64,000 nucleotides of DNA from a virus (lineage: Duplodnaviria; Heunggongvirae; Uroviricota; Caudoviricetes): IMG/VR virus record IMGVR_UViG_3300037455_000372, positions 139,710 to 203,709 of that record, one strand, 5' to 3'. The stretch's first letter is position 1, and each line of letters starts with the position of its first letter. Positions 56,901 through 64,000 of the stretch are shown here, in pieces. The position numbers and the translations under genes were made by a program. Under the pieces are notes generated by a model, which made no database searches, was not told the origin of the DNA, and saw only the letters and a list, made by a program, of their open reading frames with translations.

Positions 56901-57716
56901 GTTCTGGGTCTGGTCACCGTTGGCCTTGCCGTCGGTTTCGCCTTCCTCCGGTTCTTTCGGTCTGTAGTTACCATTCTCGTCAAGTTCAACTGCGCTATCG
57001 GTGTCGTCTAGCTTTTCAGTCTGCTGGGCGGCACCTTCTTCGTTAGGAACCATCTCCGGAGTCTGAGCGTCTTCTTTGGGTTCGTCTTCCTTTACCTTAC
57101 CGAACGAGATGTCTTCGCCTTCGAGGTGGAGAGCGGTGTCCGCATATCGAGAGAACAGGGCGAGCAGATGTTCATCCGGGGGATTTCCCTTGAAGTCACC
57201 TTCGCCGGATGCATAGTCATACAGATATTCGGCTACTGTCTTGCCTTCGAGGTCTTGTTCATACCAAGCGTTACCCGGTTCGGTGTTTTCGGTATCGCCC
57301 GGAACCGTAACTGCGTTGTAACACATATTCTTCCGCAGCAAATCTTCAATTAGCTGGTAATTCACAACCTGGGTCGACTTACCGAGCGCGGCTTGGACTA
57401 GTGTCTTCAATACAGAGTCGTAGTTGGAATCCTTCGCCGTAAGGACTATTGGGTCGATACGGAGCAAGTCCCTCAGCTGCAGACCAGCCCAAATGTGGAG
57501 CTGGGTAGTCCATTCACCGTCGGAGGTGCGGATAGGCTGTACGAACTGCATCGGAAATTTCAGCAAGGCGCGGCGAGAATTGGGGGAAATGATGTCGGCT
57601 TTGTTAACCATTGCCGTCTGGAACGCCTCGATGATAGCCTTGTCGTTTGGACGTGCTGCCTTCAGCTCGTTCAGCTTGTAGTTCATAATCGTGCAAATTT
57701 GTGCTGTTTCTGCCAT
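56859..57716 (-). CDS. hypothetical putative late protein
   Basis: 285-aa ORF divergent from the tail sheath gene; GATAAACT variant at 57746-57753. Confidence 0.7.
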   Translation of the reverse strand: MAETAQICTIMNYKLNELKAARPNDKAIIEAFQTAMVNKADIISPNSRRALLKFPMQFVQPIRTSDGEWTTQLHIWAGLQLRDLLRIDPIVLTAKDSNYDSVLKTLVQAALGKSTQVVNYQLIEDLLRKNMCYNAVTVPGDTENTEPGNAWYEQDLEGKTVAEYLYDYASGEGDFKGNPPDEHLLALFSRYADTALHLEGEDISFGKVKEDEPKEDAQTPEMVPNEEGAAQQTEKLDDTDSAVELDENGNYRPKEPEEGETDGKANGDQTQNLLKVLLKLGSLLQ

Positions 57717-57823
57717 TTTGGAGCCGTCTATGATGTTCTAAACGGAGTTTATCAGTTTCGAGTGGCAAAAAATCGTGACCACCCCATAAACTTTGTGGAA
57801 ACAAACGTACCATGAGGTAAACT

Positions 57824-60800
57824 ATGGGAACTAAAATGGGTTTTCCGCCGGGTGTACGAATCCAGCTGCGCGATAATTCCGCCTACTCCGTAGTCGAGAA
57901 TCCAGCAACTACCGCTGGTATCGTCGGTTTTGCTTCTAAGGGTGAATTGAACAAAATCATCCAAGTGAACACGACCGCCGAACAGGACGCAAAGCTGGGT
58001 TATGGCTACCAGAGCTATAAGTACAACCAAGGAATGTATGCTGCTCGTGCCGTGCTTGACGCCGGTGGCGTTGTCGAATTTGTCCGTCCGTATGGCGAAG
58101 AAATCGACCGTACCGACCCGCGTAAGCGTGATTTGAAGACTGATGCCTTTGTGGTTGCGTTCGACAAGAATGCTGGCCAGTATAAATGCGAGGCCGAGCA
58201 GACTTCTTTCCAGATTGAACACTTTGCCGCTACCCGTTTCAAGACTGACGGTGCAGCCGCTTATGGTGTGACTCGTAAGATTAACAACATCGCTGAAGCG
58301 GTGACTACCGGTAAGAACGTGGACTTCGGTCTTACGGCTTCCGAAGACTATGCCGATAGCAACAAGGCTCGTAAGTGGGATGGTGAACACTGCACTGATA
58401 TGGTGCTCTTTGCCATTATGAACCGCGACCCCAGCTATGCCTACCGCGCATTCGACCGTTTCGAAATTGTTGGCCAGCCGGACTACGGCACTGACAGAAC
58501 GTCGGTCGTTGTGACCTTGTCTACGGTGCCGACTTTCACGATTGGCGACACCGTGTTGCTCCCTGCTTCTGGATCCAAGAACAATAACAAGGACACCCTT
58601 GCTACTGTTACTGACATTGAAGACAAGAAGGTGACCCTCGAAATTCCGGAAGAATACACGACCAGTGGTGCGCAGTATTTCAATGCCATCATCTTCTCGA
58701 ATCCGGATTCCGCTGTCGAAGACGGTTTCGACTATATGAACATCAAGACCGCTGTGGCTGGTCAGGGTGTGAAGAAGTTTGCCGCTGCCAAGTGGGGTTA
58801 TGACAAAACCAAGACTCCGTCCGTCATTAAGCCGGGTGACCGTTTCACGTTCAAGAACAAGAATGGCAATAACATTGACATCCGTCTTTGGAAGTCTACT
58901 GAAATTGAACAATCTGGTTCGTTCGTGCTGACCGACGACAACTTGGAAATCCCGTGCTCTGGCTTGGAAGTTGTGGTTGGTGATACTATTGCTTTGAAGC
59001 TTACGATTAACGGAACCGTGACTTACTTCACTGACTTGTACGTGAAGGATATTTCGGCTAGTGGCAACGCTATTGTTGCAAAGCCGGATGGATACGCTGC
59101 CGGAACTGATGCAAAGGTTTCGATTACGGAATGTTCCGAAGCCGTTCTCTACGCTGATGTGAACGATGCTGACACTTGGGAAAAGGTTGCTACCGCTGTG
59201 GTGAAGGTACTGAACAGCTCCGCTCTTGGTTATGCCAAGTCTGGAATTGTCAACAACATCAACTCTGCTAAGGGAACTACGATTGTCGTTGACCCAAGCG
59301 CAGCGTTCGACTACTCGATTGGTGATAAGGTGGCTGTGGTTCGTGCAAGCAAGTCGGTAGACAATACCGCTAGTGACACTCGCGCTACGGATGACTTCTT
59401 CAATGGTGATTCCATTCTTTCGACGGTTCTTACTGTTACTGACATCAACACCTTCACTGGTGTGATTACGGTTAACGACGCTCTCACGATTGAAATCACT
59501 GATTCTACTGTCTATCAGTTGATCAACTTGAGTACAACTTCGGCGACTGCCTACAACGCGGTTTCTTCGGAAACTTACACCTATAAAGGTGAAGCTGTGA
59601 CGAAGGAAATCACGATTCCGACCAATGAAATTACTGGCACGGTTACGCTTACCGCAGCTGACTTGAATAAGTTCGTTGGTTTTACCACTGTTGATGCGGT
59701 GGTTGCTTCGGTAACGCGTACTGGCGACCCGGCAATTACGGCAGCCGACGTGACCGTTACTCGTAACGGAAACGACGTGGTTGTTACGATTCCGGAGTCG
59801 AAGAAGTCTACCACAAATGCAGCGACGGTTTCTGTTACGCTCACTCCGTCCGTTGTCCGTGTACGCGACACGGTTGACACCTACATTGTGTCTAGCTACA
59901 CGATGTACGTCAGCTCCGTCGAACAGAAGGAAAACGTGGTTGTGAACGACGACGTAGATACTCAAGCTTTTGTCAAGACTGACGTTAAGTGGAACCTCGA
60001 CATCGAGAAGTCCGCAAAGGTTCTTGCCGATAGCGATATCGGTGCTACGTTCCTCGGACTTGGCCTTGCCAAGACGAACTACCTCGACGTTGACTTCGAC
60101 AACAACCCGCGTCAGGTCTACGTGCTGACCGACGAAGGTGTGAACATCGCTCGTATGTACCTCTCTATCCGCTACCGCTTCAACGGCAAGATTTACGAGT
60201 TCGAAGGTACTATCGTTCCGTACAGCACCGCTACGAAGATTCAGCTCGGCATCAAGCAAGCTGCCGACTACGAACTGACCGACAGTGGTTTGGAATTCAT
60301 TCTGAACGACTCTGGTGTGCTTGACTACTTCCTTGAAAACACGTCTTACGACTTGTCTCAGTCGCTCGTCGGCGGTACCCTCAACGGTTCTGTCACTGCG
60401 ATTGCATACAACTCTAATGACCCTGCTATCAAGAACGACGCAGTCTGGACTTACAATCCGTTGAACAACCGTTCTGGCAGCACTCTCTCGACGGTATGGA
60501 ACCTCTTCCTCAACAAGGACGGTTCTGACGTTGATATGCTCGTCGCTGCTGGTATGGCAATCAACAATCCGTTTATGAACAAGATTGAGACCTTGAATAC
60601 TCAGGTCATTCAGGCTATGTTGAATGTCTGTGAAGCCCGTAAGGACTGCTTCGCTCTCTTCGACGGTGTGTCTGAACCGGATATCAACAAGGCTCTCAAG
60701 AAGGATATCGCGGCTACCGGTTTCATTTCGACTCTGGGACGCTGGGGTATGCTCTACGACGGTCGCGGTCTCGTCCAAGACTCCGTGTACACCAACGGCG

Positions 60801-61417
60801 AAGCCGAAATTATGAAGTCTGTCCAGTTGGCCTCCATCATCACCGCCAACCGTCAGTCTGGCATCTACTGGATTCCGCCTAGCGGTTACGACCAAGCTCC
60901 GGTTCCTTCTGCTTGGGGTACCAAGGAAAAGTTCCAGCGTACCTACAACTCCGAAGACAAGAACTGCGACGTTGGTAAGCTCAGCGACATCCACGTCAAC
61001 GCAACTCGTGTGAACCGCGAAGGTATGTTCATTTGGGGTGACTTCACTCTCCAGATGGAAGACACTGCCTTCAACCAAGCTCACGTTGCTATGCTCGTGG
61101 CTGGCATCCACAAGACGTTCTATAAGTACCTCGACCACAAGGTCTTCCGTTTGAACACGACCAACCTTCGTGCTCAGATTACGTCTGACCTTCAGGACAA
61201 GCTCAATATGATTAAGCGGTCTAACCCGGCTGGATTGGTGGACGGCATCGTGATTTGCGATGACTCCAACAACACCCGCGAACTCATCGACCAGAACTTC
61301 CTCATTGTTGACTTGAAGTTGCTTCCGACGAAGAGCGCACGCTGGATTATCCTCCGTACGTCTGTCGAGTCCACCAAGAACGGAAACACTGTTTCCACCG
61401 AGATTATTTCGGGTTAA
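57824..61417 (+). CDS. gp18: contractile tail sheath protein
   Basis: N-terminal PGVRIQLRD...GIVGFASKG; C-terminal RKDCFALFD, WIPPSG, IWGDFT, CDDSNNT...IDQN, LLPTKSARWI. Confidence 0.93.
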   Translation: MGTKMGFPPGVRIQLRDNSAYSVVENPATTAGIVGFASKGELNKIIQVNTTAEQDAKLGYGYQSYKYNQGMYAARAVLDAGGVVEFVRPYGEEIDRTDPRKRDLKTDAFVVAFDKNAGQYKCEAEQTSFQIEHFAATRFKTDGAAAYGVTRKINNIAEAVTTGKNVDFGLTASEDYADSNKARKWDGEHCTDMVLFAIMNRDPSYAYRAFDRFEIVGQPDYGTDRTSVVVTLSTVPTFTIGDTVLLPASGSKNNNKDTLATVTDIEDKKVTLEIPEEYTTSGAQYFNAIIFSNPDSAVEDGFDYMNIKTAVAGQGVKKFAAAKWGYDKTKTPSVIKPGDRFTFKNKNGNNIDIRLWKSTEIEQSGSFVLTDDNLEIPCSGLEVVVGDTIALKLTINGTVTYFTDLYVKDISASGNAIVAKPDGYAAGTDAKVSITECSEAVLYADVNDADTWEKVATAVVKVLNSSALGYAKSGIVNNINSAKGTTIVVDPSAAFDYSIGDKVAVVRASKSVDNTASDTRATDDFFNGDSILSTVLTVTDINTFTGVITVNDALTIEITDSTVYQLINLSTTSATAYNAVSSETYTYKGEAVTKEITIPTNEITGTVTLTAADLNKFVGFTTVDAVVASVTRTGDPAITAADVTVTRNGNDVVVTIPESKKSTTNAATVSVTLTPSVVRVRDTVDTYIVSSYTMYVSSVEQKENVVVNDDVDTQAFVKTDVKWNLDIEKSAKVLADSDIGATFLGLGLAKTNYLDVDFDNNPRQVYVLTDEGVNIARMYLSIRYRFNGKIYEFEGTIVPYSTATKIQLGIKQAADYELTDSGLEFILNDSGVLDYFLENTSYDLSQSLVGGTLNGSVTAIAYNSNDPAIKNDAVWTYNPLNNRSGSTLSTVWNLFLNKDGSDVDMLVAAGMAINNPFMNKIETLNTQVIQAMLNVCEARKDCFALFDGVSEPDINKALKKDIAATGFISTLGRWGMLYDGRGLVQDSVYTNGEAEIMKSVQLASIITANRQSGIYWIPPSGYDQAPVPSAWGTKEKFQRTYNSEDKNCDVGKLSDIHVNATRVNREGMFIWGDFTLQMEDTAFNQAHVAMLVAGIHKTFYKYLDHKVFRLNTTNLRAQITSDLQDKLNMIKRSNPAGLVDGIVICDDSNNTRELIDQNFLIVDLKLLPTKSARWIILRTSVESTKNGNTVSTEIISG

Positions 61418-61432
61418 GGAAGGAGGTGACCT

Positions 61433-62149
61433 ATGGCACTTAGTGAAGACCAAAAGAAGAAAGTATTCTGGGCTGGCGCGATTGACCATCTCGTCGACCC
61501 GGTTCGTAGCACTCGCTGGCGTATGATCATCCCCACCGACATTTTCCGTCTCGTGGGTGTGAACTGCACCAATGGCGTCCATTTTGGTACCGAAGGCGGT
61601 GAGGACGAGTACGCTCTGCACGTTCAGAGCGGTGCTAAGATTCCCGCCGTCAAGATCAAGGATGCGGCGATTAAGTATATGGGCTTTGAAAAGTTCTTCC
61701 CGGTTCAACAGGAAGGCTTGGCAAGCACGATGGATATCAAGATTTTGCTTCTGGAAGATATGCGTGCATTCGAAATGATGCTCGCTTGGAACCAGACTTG
61801 CTTTAACCAAGGTATCTTGTCGAACACCGGTACTAACGACGCTATCCACGAATCCGACCGTACCGCTAATGAAGGTAACAACCAGATTTATCTGGGTCTC
61901 GGTCAGCAAGAGAACCACAACAACACCTACGCTGGTCTGTTGCGCAACGCTTCTGTCCGTCTCGAACTGTACGACTGGATGTACGGTAATGTTATCCTCA
62001 GTGTTCTGCTCGTGAACTGCTGGCCGAAGAACGTTGACGCATCTAGCTTCACGCTCGACTACGACAACGCCAAGCTCGGCACGTTCAGCGTCCAGTTCCG
62101 TTACGACCGCTTTAACCTTTACATTCCGCCCGGATATAAGGTTATCTAG
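61433..62149 (+). CDS. gp19: tail tube protein
   Basis: Follows the sheath gene; DPVRSTRW, NCWPKNV, LDYD, FSVQFRYD. Confidence 0.88.
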   Translation: MALSEDQKKKVFWAGAIDHLVDPVRSTRWRMIIPTDIFRLVGVNCTNGVHFGTEGGEDEYALHVQSGAKIPAVKIKDAAIKYMGFEKFFPVQQEGLASTMDIKILLLEDMRAFEMMLAWNQTCFNQGILSNTGTNDAIHESDRTANEGNNQIYLGLGQQENHNNTYAGLLRNASVRLELYDWMYGNVILSVLLVNCWPKNVDASSFTLDYDNAKLGTFSVQFRYDRFNLYIPPGYKVI

Positions 62150-62177
62150 TCGGATTGGCGAGGTATTAGCCATAGAG

Positions 62178-62204
62178 AACGGCCCCGAAAGGAGCCGTTT
62201 TCTT
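62178..62204 (+). terminator. rho-independent terminator
   Basis: AACGGCCCC-gaaa-GGAGCCGTT then TTCTT. Confidence 0.8.
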
Positions 62205-62255
62205 GTATTTTGGGCTAATTTGCATTATAAACTCCGTTTTACTACTTTGGCGGTT

Positions 62256-62717
62256 ATGGAAACTCCGGAAGCATACCCAGAAATCAAGACCCCGTCGAAC
62301 GAGACTATCAAGACGATTCGCTCTTGCGTGTCGAAGACCCTTGATGTTGCCGATTCGAAGGGTAAGCTCAGTTTTAGGGTGGTTTTGGAAAACTTTGCCA
62401 ACAATATGGGTATAACCGTAGTCGACTTGCTGTGCCTTCGATTCCAAGAACAGGTGAAGCTCAACGAGTTGCAGTATCGAAAGCAGTTGGTCGAGTGGTA
62501 CAAGTTTGCCGTATCGAAAAAGATTATCGACCCCAAGAAGTGCGAAATTAAACTACCGAAACAGACTATGGCTGGTATGAATCGCGATATCAAGCGCATC
62601 ACGAGCTATGTCGAGTTCATTACCAAAGCCCACGAAGATGTCGCGAAGTTTCCGTCAACGGTATCGAAGGAAATGAAGAAGTCTAGGAGCGGATTCGAAA
62701 TGGGTCTGGTGTTTTAG
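62256..62717 (+). CDS. hypothetical protein
   Basis: ATG at 62256 after TATAAACT at 62226-62233. Confidence 0.7.
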   Translation: METPEAYPEIKTPSNETIKTIRSCVSKTLDVADSKGKLSFRVVLENFANNMGITVVDLLCLRFQEQVKLNELQYRKQLVEWYKFAVSKKIIDPKKCEIKLPKQTMAGMNRDIKRITSYVEFITKAHEDVAKFPSTVSKEMKKSRSGFEMGLVF

Positions 62718-62727
62718 CGAGGAATGT

Positions 62728-63201
62728 ATGATTAAGGAAAATAAGCTCAATAATCTAATTGAGGACGACGAAATCAAGAAGTTACGAGATTTTCTGGTTG
62801 AGACATTGGATAGCACTGGTGAAGACGGATTGCCTAGCCTTGACAAGATTAAGTACAATGCGACGTTCAATATGGGCGAGGGAGCGGCTGAAATAGGCAC
62901 CCTTGTATTCCAAGAGAAGAACAAGCTCGAAACTATGGAAGACGAATACCGAGTAGCTCGCAAGAAGAAGTACGAAAGTATTATGAACGAGCGTATGGCT
63001 TTCAATCCTACATCTGAAGGTGTACGGATTATGGTTGATGGTGACCCGGCGATATCGAGTATGAAGAAGGATTTGGAAAACCAGCGTCTGTATGTGGAAT
63101 TGTTGGTGAGTATGCAAGAAACCATCCGGTACTATCCAAGAAACGCGCAGCACTTGATCAATGTTGCGACTTTTGGTAAGGATATCGGCAAGATTTTGTA
63201 G
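62728..63201 (+). CDS. uvsY: UvsY-like recombination mediator
   Basis: 157-aa helical protein; RKKKY...VRIMVDGDPAI...VELL...IR pattern; uvsX and uvsW present in the window. Confidence 0.65.
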   Translation: MIKENKLNNLIEDDEIKKLRDFLVETLDSTGEDGLPSLDKIKYNATFNMGEGAAEIGTLVFQEKNKLETMEDEYRVARKKKYESIMNERMAFNPTSEGVRIMVDGDPAISSMKKDLENQRLYVELLVSMQETIRYYPRNAQHLINVATFGKDIGKIL

Positions 63202-63210
63202 GATATTCGT

Positions 63211-64000
63211 ATGGAAGCTATAATAATCGGAATTGCGGTCGACATTGGATTGGGCTTACTATTCCTAATCGGCAAGAAGATTTTCTTGTCGATTCGAGAT
63301 TATTATCGCCATTCCAACGGCATATTCTTGAAGAACTCCACCGAAAAAGAAACTCCGACTGTCGACAAGAAGGAAATCGACGACGAGGTTCAGAAGGCCG
63401 TCGAAAACTTGGTTCCGTCTCTGGCTGAACGCATCTCGAAGCGAGTAGGTAATGACTACGCGAGAGAGCAATTATTTGAACGTGTTTGGAACAGAAACTC
63501 GACCGAAACATCTACCCCTCCTCGTTGGGAGGCCGAACGCCGTCTGCAAGGGACTTGCGGCATATCGTGCGAACCGGGTCTGACGTTGCAAGACATCTCG
63601 GCATCTACGACTAACTCGTCCAAAGCACCAATGGAATTCGAGTCATTCATACGCAGTATTGCTGACAGTCACCACGCGACCCCAGAAGATAAGAAAGTTT
63701 GTGAAGCCATAATCGATGGCTATAAAACGGCTATGGATGACAAGCCGAAAAAAGTCGCCGAAGCCTTTCAAGCCCATATGGACTATGTTAACGACGTGGT
63801 TAAGTGTATGGAAGAATGGGGAGAGTTGCCGGTTCCTTCGTATATCCGCACGAAGATGGTTAATGCCGAGTCGGTGGATGATTTATTGAGTGCTGAAGAC
63901 GAATACCATAAAATAGTGGCCGCACATTTTCGCGGTAAGAAATATAAGTCGTTGCAAGATATGCAGAACAGTATTACACGCGTTGGACAAGAGCATAACC
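63211..64000 (+). CDS. hypothetical protein with an N-terminal hydrophobic segment, runs off the window
   Basis: ATG at 63211 (MEAIIIGIAVDIGLGLLFLIGKK...), open to the end of the window. Confidence 0.75.
   Translation, partial: MEAIIIGIAVDIGLGLLFLIGKKIFLSIRDYYRHSNGIFLKNSTEKETPTVDKKEIDDEVQKAVENLVPSLAERISKRVGNDYAREQLFERVWNRNSTETSTPPRWEAERRLQGTCGISCEPGLTLQDISASTTNSSKAPMEFESFIRSIADSHHATPEDKKVCEAIIDGYKTAMDDKPKKVAEAFQAHMDYVNDVVKCMEEWGELPVPSYIRTKMVNAESVDDLLSAEDEYHKIVAAHFRGKKYKSLQDMQNSITRVGQEHN

Noticed and set aside
61415-61432. Possible sheath-tube read-through fusion, since both genes share a frame
   Set aside because: TAA is followed by a second in-frame stop (TGA), and the tube gene has its own AGGAGG RBS
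57752-62173. 1473-aa antisense ORF across the tail sheath and tube genes
   Set aside because: It mirrors two in-frame sense genes that rarely use TTA/CTA/TCA codons, so antisense stops are scarce; there is no recognisable motif
1-64000. Stop-codon reassignment, tRNA/rRNA genes and host assignment
   Set aside because: Genes are full length in the standard code and end in TAA, TAG or TGA; no cloverleaf or rRNA sequence was seen in the short intergenic gaps; the host cannot be supported from this sequence alone

Overview
This 64-kb window is from a large, contractile-tailed, T4-related (probably jumbo-sized) bacteriophage genome of roughly 50% GC that uses the standard genetic code. It carries most of a T4-type replication/recombination set: gp46, RNase H, UvsW, UvsX, UvsY, gp41 helicase, gp32 SSB, gp61 primase, gp45 clamp, gp43 B-family polymerase and gp44/62 clamp loader. 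Structural genes are scattered among these on both strands: tail sheath, tail tube, an oversized gp25 baseplate fusion and many large acidic ORFans. Accessory genes include endonuclease V, DnaJ, two glycosyltransferase-fold proteins with HTH-like segments and a second, DnaN-like sliding clamp. Two promoter classes can be read directly from the sequence: TATAAACT before putative late genes, and TTGCAATTCAAA-N11-TAnnnT before replication genes. CATG and CCWGG appear strongly depleted. The best candidate for an undescribed system is at 13.2-15.8 kb. There, a pair of 34-bp direct repeats, a palindrome and an apparent GC-skew switch lie just upstream of an HTH plus PolA/T7-RNAP-fold protein, which suggests a replication origin with its own initiator-primase. 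All family assignments come from motif recognition by eye; no database searches were run.
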